NCBI GenBank assembly: GCA_900539865.1
Contig: UQDS01000003.1
Coordinates: forward strand, 10,477 to 74,476
Direction of reading: 5' to 3'
DNA from: an uncultured Mollicutes bacterium
GTDB lineage: Bacteria; Bacillota_I; Bacilli_A; RFN20; CAG-288
Length of the DNA: 64,000 bases
The stretch's first letter is position 1, and each line of letters opens with the position of its first letter. A program made the translations under genes and the position numbers. The notes under the pieces were generated by a model that saw only the letters and a program-made list of their open reading frames with translations, searched no databases and was not told where the DNA came from. Positions 1 to 10,226 of the stretch are shown here, in pieces.

Positions 1-196
1 ATGCAACAATTAAACCGTGAGCGTGTTTTTTTACAGACTGTAAGGCAAGATAAGAAGGAGCGACACCAATCATAACCCCTTTGTTTCTTGCAATGCGGAC
101 AAGACCGGCGTTCTTCACATCTTCACAGAAAGCATTCGCTTCTGCGATAGTGTGATTCATCTTCCAGTTGCCCATTAAAAACTTTTTTCTAGACAT
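1..196 (-). CDS. tpiA: Triosephosphate isomerase, N-terminal ~65 codons; the rest runs off the window edge
   Basis: Not in the ORF track because it is truncated. The reverse complement from the ATG at 196-194 reads MSRKKFLMGNWKMNHTIAEANAFCEDVKNAG..., which carries the TIM N-terminal GNWKMN motif. It starts 2 nt after the pgk stop, matching the usual gap-pgk-tpi order. Confidence 0.8.
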   Translation of the reverse strand, partial: MSRKKFLMGNWKMNHTIAEANAFCEDVKNAGLVRIARNKGVMIGVAPSYLALQSVKKHAHGLIVA

Positions 197-198
197 GA

Positions 199-1476
199 TT
201 ATTTATCCTCAATAACATCAATGCCCGGGAGATGGCCATCAAATTGGATGAGTTCTAAGGATGCACCGCCGCCGGTAGAAACATGGCTGAATTTGCTCTT
301 GTAGCCGAACTTTTTCGCTGCAGAGGCAGAATCACCGCCACCGATGACTGTGAAAGAACCATTTTCGGTAGCTTCAGCACAAGCTTCGCAAACACTCTTT
401 GTACCATCTTGGAACTGAGGGTTTTCAAAGACACCCATCGGGCCGTTCCAGAAAACGGTCTTTGCTTTTCTGATTTCTTCCGCATAAAGCTTTTGTGTTT
501 CAGGACCGATATCTAAGCCTTCATAATCGACAGGGAAGTCTTCGTTTCCAACGATGTGAACGTTTTCCACAGGAGCTTCTAAGTTGTCGAAGCTGAAGCC
601 TTTGCCGATATAGTTGTCCACCGGTAAGACAATCTTTCCCGTTTCGAAGCACTTCTTTGCGTATTCAAGCTGATCTTCTTCGCATAAAGAGCAACCAACC
701 TCAACACCATAGATTGCTTTCTTAAAGGTATAGGACATACCGCCACCGATAAGAATCTTATCGCATTTCTTCAATAAGGAATCGATAACTTCAATCTTGG
801 AAGAGACTTTAGCACCACCTAAGATGGCGATATAAGGTCTTTCTTCTTCCTTCGGTTCAACGCAACGACCTAAGCCCTTGATTTCCTTTTCCATAAGGAA
901 GCCGACAGCAGTTTCCTTACCAGCATTCTTCAAAGCTTCCGGAACACCGAAAGTAGAAGCGTGCGCTCTGTGAGCAGAGCCGAAAGCATCCATGACAAAG
1001 GCGTCGACATAAGAAGCCCATTCGCCAGCTAAAGCGGCATCGTTCTTCTCTTCACCCGCTTCATAACGAGTGTTCTGAACTAAGAGAACATCGCCGTCGT
1101 TTAAAGCTTCGATGGCATTCTTAAGTTCTTCGCCGCGGGTAGCCGGGCAGAAGGAAACGTTAACATCATGACCGACCGCTTTAGAAAGATGGGCCTTAAG
1201 CGGTTCGACACAGATAGAAAGATCGTTCTTCTTCATCTGCTTTTCGATGTCTTCCATGGTGGCTTCGCCTTTCTTGAGCTTCTTCCAGGCAACCTTGCCT
1301 AAATGAGACATCAAGACGACCTTGGCACCCTTATTGACCAATTCAGCAATGGTCGGGACGGCACCGACGATACGGTTGTCATCGCTGATTTCAGCGCCTT
1401 TGTGAGGAACGTTGAAGTCAACGCGAACTAAGACTTTCTTTCCGTTAACAGAAAGATCAGTAACTAATTTCTTCAT
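199..1476 (-). CDS. pgk: Phosphoglycerate kinase
   Basis: 425-aa ORF. The N-terminus KKVLVRVDFNVP and the C-terminal STGGGASLE are classic PGK motifs. Sits between gap and tpiA. Confidence 0.97.
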   Translation of the reverse strand: MKKLVTDLSVNGKKVLVRVDFNVPHKGAEISDDNRIVGAVPTIAELVNKGAKVVLMSHLGKVAWKKLKKGEATMEDIEKQMKKNDLSICVEPLKAHLSKAVGHDVNVSFCPATRGEELKNAIEALNDGDVLLVQNTRYEAGEEKNDAALAGEWASYVDAFVMDAFGSAHRAHASTFGVPEALKNAGKETAVGFLMEKEIKGLGRCVEPKEEERPYIAILGGAKVSSKIEVIDSLLKKCDKILIGGGMSYTFKKAIYGVEVGCSLCEEDQLEYAKKCFETGKIVLPVDNYIGKGFSFDNLEAPVENVHIVGNEDFPVDYEGLDIGPETQKLYAEEIRKAKTVFWNGPMGVFENPQFQDGTKSVCEACAEATENGSFTVIGGGDSASAAKKFGYKSKFSHVSTGGGASLELIQFDGHLPGIDVIEDK

Positions 1477-1502
1477 ACTTTTCTCCTTTTGAATTCTTTG
1501 TA

Positions 1503-1534
1503 TAAAAGAAAGCGCCCATATAATTATGGGCGCC
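1503..1534 (-). terminator. Rho-independent hairpin between gap and pgk (internal attenuator or terminator)
   Basis: On the minus strand, GGCGCCCATA-ATTA-TATGGGCGC is followed by TTTCTTTTA. It lies directly downstream of the gap stop. Confidence 0.6.
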
Positions 1535-1580
1535 TTCTATAATTTCGCGTTACGAAATGAGCTGCCCTAATCTGATCAGA

Positions 1581-2657
1581 TTAGTTAAGTTCAGCGAAGT
1601 ACTTGATGGTGCGGACCATCTGAGAAGTGTAAGAGTTCTCGTTGTCATACCAAGAGACAACCTGGACCTGATAGGTGTCATCATCGATCTTGGTGACCAT
1701 GGTCTGAGTGGCATCAAATAAGGAACCATATCTCATACCGATGACATCGGAAGAGACGATGGGTTCTTCGTTGTAACCAAAGGATTCAGAAGCGCTAGCC
1801 TTCATGACAGCGTTGATGGAATCAACGGTGACATCCTTACCCTTGACAACAGCGACAAGGATAGTGGTGGAACCGGTGAAAACAGGAACTCTTTGAGCAG
1901 AACCGATGAGCTTGCCATTGAGTTCAGGGATAACAAGACCGATAGCCTTAGCAGCACCGGTGGAGTTAGGAACGATGTTGGCAGCACCAGCTCTGGCACG
2001 GCGTAAATCGCCCTTTCTGTGCGGACCATCAAGAATCATCTGGTCGCCGGTATAAGCGTGAACAGTGGTCATGATACCAGAGACAACAGGATAGGCATCA
2101 TTTAAAGCCTTGGTCATCGGGGCTAAGCAGTTGGTGGTGCAAGAAGCAGCAGAAATGATCTTGTCTTCAGCAGTGAGGGTCTTTTCGTTGACGGAGTAGA
2201 CAATGGTCTTTAAATCTTTGCCAGCAGGGGCAGAGATGACGACCTTCTTAGCTCCGGCATCGATATGAGCCTGAGATTTTTCTTTAGAGCAATAGAAACC
2301 GGTGCATTCGAGAACAACATCAACACCGATCTTTCCCCAAGGGAGATTCTGAGCCTTAGGTTCAGCATAGATGGTGATTTCCTTGCCATCGACAGTGATG
2401 GAACCAGGAACGACAACAGTCTTTCCGTCTTCACCAAAGACAGGTTCTTTGGAAGTGACGGTGTGGAGTTCCTGACCGATGACACCACAATAACCACGCT
2501 GGGCGGTATCATACTTTAATAAATTGGCTAACATCTTCGGGCTGGTGAGATCGTTGATAGCAACGATTTCATAACCTTCGGCATCAAACATCTGGCGGAA
2601 AGCCAAACGGCCGATACGTCCGAAACCATTAATTGCGACTTTAACTGACATTTTCAA
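1581..2657 (-). CDS. gap: Glyceraldehyde-3-phosphate dehydrogenase
   Basis: 358-aa ORF with the NAD-binding motif INGFGRIGR and the active-site motif [18 protein letters not shown] lies upstream of the ATG. Confidence 0.97.
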   Translation of the reverse strand: MKMSVKVAINGFGRIGRLAFRQMFDAEGYEIVAINDLTSPKMLANLLKYDTAQRGYCGVIGQELHTVTSKEPVFGEDGKTVVVPGSITVDGKEITIYAEPKAQNLPWGKIGVDVVLECTGFYCSKEKSQAHIDAGAKKVVISAPAGKDLKTIVYSVNEKTLTAEDKIISAASCTTNCLAPMTKALNDAYPVVSGIMTTVHAYTGDQMILDGPHRKGDLRRARAGAANIVPNSTGAAKAIGLVIPELNGKLIGSAQRVPVFTGSTTILVAVVKGKDVTVDSINAVMKASASESFGYNEEPIVSSDVIGMRYGSLFDATQTMVTKIDDDTYQVQVVSWYDNENSYTSQMVRTIKYFAELN

Positions 2658-2930
2658 TATCCTCCTAGATACAACGATATTATATCCCCTTTTTATTCAA
2701 AATATACACATTTTTTGAATTTTTTTCTAATAATAGGGCTTACAAAATACAAAACGCACTTTGTGAGCGCGTTTTGAGGTATGTCAAAGGATAAAACGGG
2801 CGCTTATTGTGCATAATCGTTTTTGTGTTTTCAAATAAAAAGCGGCTATTTTTAAAAGAAATTGCAATTTTTTTAAAAAAATAGAAATAAAAAACGCGCA
2901 AAGTTTTGCACGTTTTTTCTTATGATTTGC

Positions 2931-3899
2931 TCATTTCTCGTTTTCACGCAGTTTACTTGCCTTTTCACGAATAGAAGAAAGGATGTGAACAACCCCGCTT
3001 TTGGTAATAGATATTTCTCCTAATGACGTGATGTATTCCGCAAGTTCGCGATAATTGAATTCTTTCTTTTCCATGCGGGCAAAGATGACTGACTGTGTCT
3101 TTTGATCAAAGACACCAATCGGTTCATGCGCTAAGACCAATTTGATATCTTCAATATCTTTTTCGGCTGTCTTTACTGTCTTATAGAAGTTTGCGGCATC
3201 GCAATTCGCTTGTCTGTTAGCGATGTTGATGTCGTCTTTCATGATACGAGCGTTCTCATATTCAAACATCGCTTCTGTCGCGTTGATATAAGAGAGAAAA
3301 ACAGAAATTTGATCTGATTTTTTCAAGTAGATCACGTGTTTTTCACGGCGCTTAATATACTTAAACGCCATCGTTTTTTCTTCTTTAAAGCCGAGCAATT
3401 TACGTTTTAAAGCAAGGGCGTCACCCTTATCCGTAAATGCCATTTCTAAGAAATAAGATGTTTTAGAACTCGAGGGATTGTTCACTGACCCGTTTGCTAA
3501 AAAGCAACCGATGCAGAAAAATCTCAAATTCTTCTTGTGAAGACACACGCTTGGAACCATGCGTTCAAATCCATCTTTGAAAATTTCAAGATCTTCCATG
3601 ACATCGTAAAGTTTTTTGTCTTCGACATAGACTAAATAAACTAGTCCTCTACCAAAACGAGCGACTTTTTCATAGCGGATAATTGGATTTAAATCATAAA
3701 CTTCTTTCAAACAAGAATAAAGCAATTTCGCCACACTTGCAATTTCTGTATGAAGCATTAAAGCCGGCGTTTTTCCAAGAGAAAAGCTTCCGCCGTTACG
3801 AACAAAACCAGAAAGAATATACTTTTTCTCTTCTGTTTCATAGGTGTTGGTGGCAATTTCGTTTTTCACTTTTTTCGCAAACGCAATTTCTCTCGGCAT
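2931..3899 (-). CDS. whiA: DNA-binding protein WhiA
   Basis: 322-aa ORF. The N-terminal FAKKVKNEI...LSGFVRNGGS pattern and the C-terminal HTH-like region are typical of Gram-positive WhiA (YvcL). The size fits. Confidence 0.8.
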   Translation of the reverse strand: MPREIAFAKKVKNEIATNTYETEEKKYILSGFVRNGGSFSLGKTPALMLHTEIASVAKLLYSCLKEVYDLNPIIRYEKVARFGRGLVYLVYVEDKKLYDVMEDLEIFKDGFERMVPSVCLHKKNLRFFCIGCFLANGSVNNPSSSKTSYFLEMAFTDKGDALALKRKLLGFKEEKTMAFKYIKRREKHVIYLKKSDQISVFLSYINATEAMFEYENARIMKDDINIANRQANCDAANFYKTVKTAEKDIEDIKLVLAHEPIGVFDQKTQSVIFARMEKKEFNYRELAEYITSLGEISITKSGVVHILSSIREKASKLRENEK

Positions 3900-3944
3900 A
3901 CCGTCTCCTATACATTAATAATAATATAAGTCAAAATAGAAAAT

Positions 3945-4868
3945 TTATAATTTTTGATAATCCTCGTGAATAAAGCTCGCTGCCAAAGCGCCATCGCTTG
4001 TCGCTGTGGCGACCTGGCGAAGCAATGTATCTCTACAATCGCCGACAGCATAAAGATTCTTTACTTTCGTTTCCAAATGATCATCTGTCACCAAAATACC
4101 TTTTTCATCCATCGCCTGCGGTATCTTGACAAAAGAAGTGTTCGCCATTTCTCCGACATAAAGGAAAAGACCAGAAATATCTAACGCTTTCTGCTCTCCT
4201 GTCTCTCTGTTTTCAACGACCATTTGTTCTAATGTATCGGTTCCTTTTACTAAGACAGGGACATAGGGAGAAAGAATGGTTGCATTTTCTTTCTTCTTCA
4301 ATTGTTCGACAATACTTTCTTGTGCGCGATATTCATTTCTTCTAGCTACCAAAGTGACATGGGAACAGATGTCAGATAAATATAAGGCTTCTTCAAAAGC
4401 AGAATTTCCCGCTCCGATGACAGCGACGTTTTTATTTTTGAAAAAGTTTCCGTCGCAGATAGCACAACGGGAGATACCTCTCTTTTTAAAAGTATCTTCA
4501 CCTGCAATTGGAAAAGGGCGTTCTCCTAGACCATTGGCAAGGATGACATAGCGATAATCCTTGCTGCCATAGGAGGTAGAAACCTTAAACGAGCCATCCT
4601 CGTTTAAAGAGACTTCCGTCACCTCTTCATAATTGACCTTAATATTAAATTTTGCTAACTGATCTTCTAAAGTCATGCCCAGATCCGGACCTTTGACAGA
4701 AAGAATGCCGGCATAATTTTCAATGCGTTCAGTCTTATTCACCTTGCCGCCGACCAATTCTTTTTCATAGCAAACCGGTTCCATTCCATAACGTTTTAAA
4801 TAGATAGCAGCAGAGACTCCGGCAGGACCTAAGCCAACAATACAAACTTCATTATTGTTCATAAACAA
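3945..4868 (-). CDS. trxB: Thioredoxin-disulfide reductase
   Basis: 307 aa with the FAD motif GLGPAG, the redox-active CAICDG, the NADPH motif GAGNSAFEEA and the C-terminal GDC motif. Confidence 0.9.
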   Translation of the reverse strand: MFMNNNEVCIVGLGPAGVSAAIYLKRYGMEPVCYEKELVGGKVNKTERIENYAGILSVKGPDLGMTLEDQLAKFNIKVNYEEVTEVSLNEDGSFKVSTSYGSKDYRYVILANGLGERPFPIAGEDTFKKRGISRCAICDGNFFKNKNVAVIGAGNSAFEEALYLSDICSHVTLVARRNEYRAQESIVEQLKKKENATILSPYVPVLVKGTDTLEQMVVENRETGEQKALDISGLFLYVGEMANTSFVKIPQAMDEKGILVTDDHLETKVKNLYAVGDCRDTLLRQVATATSDGALAASFIHEDYQKL

Positions 4869-4875
4869 AAGCTCC

Positions 4876-5982
4876 TTATGATTTTTCTTGATGAGATTCT
4901 TCTTGCAATTTTTCTCCTTTGTCCTTAAGTTTTGCCATAAAGTCGTCTTGTTCTTCTACATGCTTTTCTTCTTGATCCAAAGAAGGAACCTCAGTTTCTT
5001 TTTCTTCCACATGCAAAGTAGGCACTTCTAAAACATCGATAAACTGTCTCTTAAACGCTGGAACTTTATCAAATTTTCCTTTGCTGGCAAAATGATAAAG
5101 CACATGATTTAAAGCGATGAGCATTACGCCGATAACGACAAAAGCAATCGCCATATTAAGCGAGCGGTATGCGCCATCCTGACCACCGTCGACGCCCATA
5201 ATAAAGCGCGGATTTCTCAAAGGTTCTAAGGCAGCGCGAATAATACCATATGCAATGAAATATGCAAAAGTGGAATCACCATAGCGATAGCGTTTACCAA
5301 ATACAGCAGGTAAACCATGTGCAATTAAGAAATAAAACGCGATATTGATCACGCCTTCTACCAAAAACAACGGCGAGGCAATAGCACCACTTGGTACGAC
5401 AATACCTGTACTTGCAGCAGTGACTTTAATATCATTCCAAAAATATACGCCCATCGGTAAATCGCCGTTTTGCATATTGTTCGTAATAAAGCTAGGTAAG
5501 AAATTCCAAGCGTCTTGAGAAACAAAGTGTCCAAAGACCTCTTGGTTGAAAAAATTACCCCAACGTCCAATCGCTTGTGCAATTAAAATGGTCGGAACCG
5601 CGTAATCCGCAAAGCGAAGCAAAGATCCACCTTTACGGCGGAAGACACAATACAACACGCCGACAAGAATGCCGCCAATTGCGCCTCCTTGAATCGCTAA
5701 GCCACCGCTTCGGATATCAAAAATATCCCAAAATGGGCGCCCTGCAAATTCATGCTGATAGGTGGCGATGACATACCAAATGCGCGCGCCGACAATTCCC
5801 GCTAAGAAAGCGATTGGAAACACAGTGTCAAAAAAGTGCATGTCGAAACCATCTTTGTGTGCGCGGTAATTAGAAATCAATAAAGCGACCAATGCGCCGC
5901 ACAAAATGATGATGGCATAAAAGCGGATAAATGGGTTACCAAAAGGAAAACCCACAGGATAACCTAAAGCAGCAATATTCAT
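4876..5982 (-). CDS. lgt: Prolipoprotein diacylglyceryl transferase with an acidic ~75-aa C-terminal tail
   Basis: Polytopic membrane protein carrying the Lgt signature GRWGNFFNQE and GGLAIQGGAIGG. At 368 aa it is longer than the ~270-280 aa usual for Lgt. Confidence 0.9.
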   Translation of the reverse strand: MNIAALGYPVGFPFGNPFIRFYAIIILCGALVALLISNYRAHKDGFDMHFFDTVFPIAFLAGIVGARIWYVIATYQHEFAGRPFWDIFDIRSGGLAIQGGAIGGILVGVLYCVFRRKGGSLLRFADYAVPTILIAQAIGRWGNFFNQEVFGHFVSQDAWNFLPSFITNNMQNGDLPMGVYFWNDIKVTAASTGIVVPSGAIASPLFLVEGVINIAFYFLIAHGLPAVFGKRYRYGDSTFAYFIAYGIIRAALEPLRNPRFIMGVDGGQDGAYRSLNMAIAFVVIGVMLIALNHVLYHFASKGKFDKVPAFKRQFIDVLEVPTLHVEEKETEVPSLDQEEKHVEEQDDFMAKLKDKGEKLQEESHQEKS

Positions 5983-5986
5983 AATT

Positions 5987-7030
5987 TTATTCCTTACTAG
6001 GATCCAAGACTAACTCTGGTCCCTTCTTATCGTCTTTGTTTAAATTAATATCCTCTTCCCGAATGGTGGAACGATTCAATCCCGCGACATAAGTCTCCAT
6101 GCGCTTCTTTTCTTCCAAGTGTTTTTCTTGAATTTCTAACAGACGCTTTTGGAATTCATATCCCGTATCATAACCATCGTCTTTCAATTTGTAATTGGTG
6201 ACAGCAGTCTCGATGATCTCTGCCATACTTCTCGCAGCAGAAACCGGCAACTTAAGAACAGGAACAGATTCATTGAGAATTTCCATGTGCTCGGTTTTCA
6301 TTCCGATGCGCTCCAATGGCTGTTCCGAACTAAATTGTACCAAAGAAATAACCAAATCAATCTCTGAACGCTTAGAAAGTGAGTTGACACCAAACATACG
6401 AGAGACATTGATGATACCAATACCGCGAACTTCCATCATTCCATAAATCGTTTCCGGACAAGTTCCGATTAAGGTTCCTCTCACATCAGCGATATCAACG
6501 CGATCATCGGCAATCAGACAATGACCCTTACGAATTAAATCCAAAGAGATTTCTGATTTACCAATACCAGAATCTCCGATGATTAAAACACCGACACCAT
6601 AAATTTCCAAAAGACATGCGTGCATCGCGGTGCGAGGCGCTAAAGCTTCTGATAAATAAATGTACATACTCGAACACAAGTCAGAGGTATCTTGATTTGC
6701 AGAAAAAAGCGGAACGTTTGTTTCCATTGCAGCTTTTAACACTGGATCGGGGATCGGATTGTTGTGACAAACAATGACTGCAGGTGTCTCTTTTGAAAAT
6801 ATCTTGAGGCAATTATGATAAATGAAATTCGGATCAGAATCTTTGATCAAGGCGATTTCTTTATTTCCTAAAAGCATGATGCGATCTTTTTGATAAAACT
6901 GGAACAAGCCCATCAGCTCAAGGCCGGGGCGATCTAATTCCGCAACCAAAACAGGACGATTGAGCGTCTTTAAATCACCGCTGATCACACGGAAACCAAA
7001 GTGGTTTGCCAATTCCAAACTAGTTAACAT
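5987..7030 (-). CDS. hprK: HPr kinase/phosphorylase
   Basis: 347 aa with the P-loop GDSGIGKSE and MEVRGIGIINV. The hprK-lgt adjacency is the conserved Bacillota arrangement. Confidence 0.92.
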   Translation of the reverse strand: MLTSLELANHFGFRVISGDLKTLNRPVLVAELDRPGLELMGLFQFYQKDRIMLLGNKEIALIKDSDPNFIYHNCLKIFSKETPAVIVCHNNPIPDPVLKAAMETNVPLFSANQDTSDLCSSMYIYLSEALAPRTAMHACLLEIYGVGVLIIGDSGIGKSEISLDLIRKGHCLIADDRVDIADVRGTLIGTCPETIYGMMEVRGIGIINVSRMFGVNSLSKRSEIDLVISLVQFSSEQPLERIGMKTEHMEILNESVPVLKLPVSAARSMAEIIETAVTNYKLKDDGYDTGYEFQKRLLEIQEKHLEEKKRMETYVAGLNRSTIREEDINLNKDDKKGPELVLDPSKE

Positions 7031-7274
7031 ACAAAATACCTCGCCTAAGATATAACCTATTATAACAAATAAATAGACTTATTAATGTAGGTGATTTTTT
7101 CTTTTAGAAAATGTTTTTGCCTTATCCGTATTTCTTAGTGCATAGATTTCCGTAACAACGAGTTTCTCATATAAAATCCCACTTCGATTTTCATCGAAAA
7201 AAGATTGAGTTAAACCCTATTAAACTTTCATATTTTCAAAGGAATAAGTGACACAAAATGTGGAATTTTTTTGT

Positions 7275-10115
7275 TCAACAATATTTTTCTTTTTCCAATT
7301 CTCGCTTAAGATAAACTCCCGTATAAGATTCCGGACATTGGACAATTTCATCCGGTGTTCCTGCAAACACCACATTTCCGCCCTTATCTCCGCCTTCCGG
7401 ACCTAAATCAATGATGTAATCACAAGATTTGATGACATCTAAATTATGTTCGATCACAACGACAGTATTTCCCGCATCGACAAGACGGTTTAAGACAGAG
7501 ATCAACTTTTCAATGTCATATGGATGTAAGCCCGTTGTCGGCTCATCTAAAATATATAACGTGCTGCCGTCAGAACTTCTTTGTAATTCGTTAGCAAGCT
7601 TGACACGCTGCGCTTCACCACCAGAAAGAGTGGTGGACGATTGACCTAATTTCATATATCCTAAGCCGACATCCACTAAAGTCTGAAGTTTCTTTCTTAT
7701 ACTTGGTTGACTTTCGAAGAAGGTCAACGCCTCAGAGATACGCATATCTAAAACTTCATAAATATTTTTGCCCTTATAATGCACTGAAAGAACATCGTCA
7801 GTGTATCTCTTGCCATGACAAACATCACATTCTACATAAACATCAGGCAAGAAGTTCATCGAAATGCGTTTTACGCCTTCACCTTGACAAGCTTCACATC
7901 TTCCCCCTTTGACATTGAAAGAAAACATTGACTTTGTCATACCTTTCATCTGCGCGTCTTTTGTCATAGCAAACACTTCGCGTATATCGTCAAAAACTTT
8001 TATGTATGTGGCAGGGTTGCTTCTTGGAGTTCTTCCAATAGGTTCCTGAGATACATTGATGACTTTTGTAATTAGATTTGCATTTTGAATACCGTTGCAA
8101 AGCGTCTTTTCGCTCTTTAAACCAAGTTCTCCGCGAATCGTTTTATACAAAACCTCATCAATCAAAGAAGACTTGCCGCTACCAGAAACACCAGTGACGC
8201 AAGTAAAAACAGAAAGAGGAATAGAAACATCGATATGTTTTAAATTGTGACAATAGGCGTTTTTAATTTTGATTGTCTTACGATAACTGCGGCGTTTTGC
8301 CGGCACAGGAATCATTTTCTTTCCGGAAAGATATTGGCCGGTTAATGACTGATCGTCTTTTAATAGATCGCTTGGTTTGCCGGCAAAGACAACTGTTCCG
8401 CCTTGATCGCCAGCTCCTTTTCCAATATCGACAATATAATCTGCACTCAAAATCGTATCTTCATCATGCTCGACAACAATAAGAGAATTTCCAAGATCGC
8501 GCATTTCCTTTAAGGTGTTGATCAATTTGTCGTTATCACGCTGATGCAAACCGATGCTAGGTTCATCCAAAACATATAAAACACCGGTTAAGCGGCTTCC
8601 GATTTGTGTCGCCAAACGAATGCGTTGGCTTTCGCCACCAGAAAGAGTGGATGCTTCGCGCGCTAAGGTCAAATAATCCAACCCCACATCAATTAAAAAC
8701 TTCAAACGATTCTTAATCTCGGTGATCACAAGCGAGGCGATCTTTAACTGCATTTCTGTTAAAGTGAGATTGTTTAAAAAGGCATAGATGTTCTCTAAAG
8801 ACATCGAGCAGAGCTCGTGGATGTTTAATCCTCCGACACGAACAGATAAAACAGCGTCATTTAAACGAGCACCATGACAAGTAGGGCACTCTACTTCAGA
8901 CATAAAACTGCTGTAATATTCTTTCATCCATTCCGATTTGGTCGAATAGTAAAGACGATCAATACGCGCCTTTAATCCTTCGGTTACATTTTTGACAATT
9001 TGACTACCGCCACTGGATTCATAAACATACCGAACCGGTTCTGGCGGGCCATAAACAAGAATATCTTTTTGGCGTTTGGTCAATTGCGAAAATGGAACTG
9101 TCGCAGATATACCGTATTTTTTCATCACTGCATAGATATCGTTCCACTCTATCGTTTCCTGGTTTTTAGGAAGACATGCGATGGCGCCGTCTTTAATAGA
9201 CAGAGATGGATCCGGAATCATCAAGGCAGGATCTGCTTCAATTCTAACTCCAAGCCCATGACAATCCGGACAACAACCTAATGGGTTGTTAAATGAAAAA
9301 AGTCTCGGTTCTAACGGCGGAATTGTAAAACCACAAATTGGGCATGATTGATGTTCACTGTACAATGTCTCTTTTCCGTTGATGTCGATAGTGACATAAC
9401 CGTTTGCAAAATCCAAGGCAGTACGAAGGGAATTAAACAAGCGATCATCGTTTTCTTTATTCAAAATCAAACGATCGATTGCAAAGGCAATTGTATGCTT
9501 AAAATTCTTATCTAAAACAGGAATTTCTTGATAGCGTGTCAACGGTTTGTCATCGATTTTTGCACGATAAAAACCAGCGTTGAAAAACTTTTCTATCGTT
9601 GCGACATGCGTTCCTTTTTCATTGATGACAACAGGCGCATAAATTGTAACTTTACTTCCTTCTTCTTGTTCTTTCACTGCGTTGAAGATTTGCTGAAGCG
9701 AAGAAGCTTGGATCGGCGTGTGGTGTATCGGACAATAACTTACGCCAATACGAGCATATAAAAGACGCAAATAATCATAAATTTCCGTAACGGTTCCTAC
9801 TGTAGAACGCGGATTATGAGAAGTTGTCTTTTGATCGATAGAAATCGCAGGGGATAACCCATCGATGCTATCCACATCCGGTTTTGAAAAGTCACCCAAA
9901 AACATACGGGCATAAGAAGAAAGCGATTCAACATATCTTCGTTGTCCTTCGGCAAAAATCGTATCGAAAGCAAGTGTTGACTTACCGCTTCCTGAAACGC
10001 CGGTAAAGACAACTAAAGAATCTTTTGGAATCTTAACGTCGATGTTTTTAAGGTTGTTTTCACGGGCTCCCTTGACCACAATATAATCTTTATAATTTGT
10101 CATAGTGTTTTTCAT
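7275..10115 (-). CDS. uvrA: Excinuclease ABC subunit A
   Basis: 946 aa with two ABC modules ([15 protein letters not shown] and [11 protein letters not shown]), LSGGE signatures and zinc-finger CxxC pairs. Confidence 0.97.
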   Translation of the reverse strand: MKNTMTNYKDYIVVKGARENNLKNIDVKIPKDSLVVFTGVSGSGKSTLAFDTIFAEGQRRYVESLSSYARMFLGDFSKPDVDSIDGLSPAISIDQKTTSHNPRSTVGTVTEIYDYLRLLYARIGVSYCPIHHTPIQASSLQQIFNAVKEQEEGSKVTIYAPVVINEKGTHVATIEKFFNAGFYRAKIDDKPLTRYQEIPVLDKNFKHTIAFAIDRLILNKENDDRLFNSLRTALDFANGYVTIDINGKETLYSEHQSCPICGFTIPPLEPRLFSFNNPLGCCPDCHGLGVRIEADPALMIPDPSLSIKDGAIACLPKNQETIEWNDIYAVMKKYGISATVPFSQLTKRQKDILVYGPPEPVRYVYESSGGSQIVKNVTEGLKARIDRLYYSTKSEWMKEYYSSFMSEVECPTCHGARLNDAVLSVRVGGLNIHELCSMSLENIYAFLNNLTLTEMQLKIASLVITEIKNRLKFLIDVGLDYLTLAREASTLSGGESQRIRLATQIGSRLTGVLYVLDEPSIGLHQRDNDKLINTLKEMRDLGNSLIVVEHDEDTILSADYIVDIGKGAGDQGGTVVFAGKPSDLLKDDQSLTGQYLSGKKMIPVPAKRRSYRKTIKIKNAYCHNLKHIDVSIPLSVFTCVTGVSGSGKSSLIDEVLYKTIRGELGLKSEKTLCNGIQNANLITKVINVSQEPIGRTPRSNPATYIKVFDDIREVFAMTKDAQMKGMTKSMFSFNVKGGRCEACQGEGVKRISMNFLPDVYVECDVCHGKRYTDDVLSVHYKGKNIYEVLDMRISEALTFFESQPSIRKKLQTLVDVGLGYMKLGQSSTTLSGGEAQRVKLANELQRSSDGSTLYILDEPTTGLHPYDIEKLISVLNRLVDAGNTVVVIEHNLDVIKSCDYIIDLGPEGGDKGGNVVFAGTPDEIVQCPESYTGVYLKRELEKEKYC

Positions 10116-10171
10116 TACTTTACTATTTTACTAAAATTAATATTTATTGTCATGAAAAATGGTTGCGTATA

Positions 10172-10206
10172 AAAAGGGATGCGCAACATCTTGCGTCATC
10201 CCTTTA
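10172..10206 (-). terminator. Rho-independent terminator downstream of the phosphofructokinase gene
   Basis: On the minus strand, AAAGGGATG-(ACGCAAGATGTTGCG)-CATCCCTTT is followed by TTAT. Confidence 0.55.
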
Positions 10207-10226
10207 AATCAACAGATAGATTACGT

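Noticed and set aside
7160-7215. TTCGAT-tttc-ATCGAA hairpin in the uvrA-hprK spacer, considered as the uvrA terminator.
   Set aside because: The stem is a short 6 bp of AT-rich sequence, and no U-tract follows it on the minus (coding) strand. Not convincing as an intrinsic terminator.
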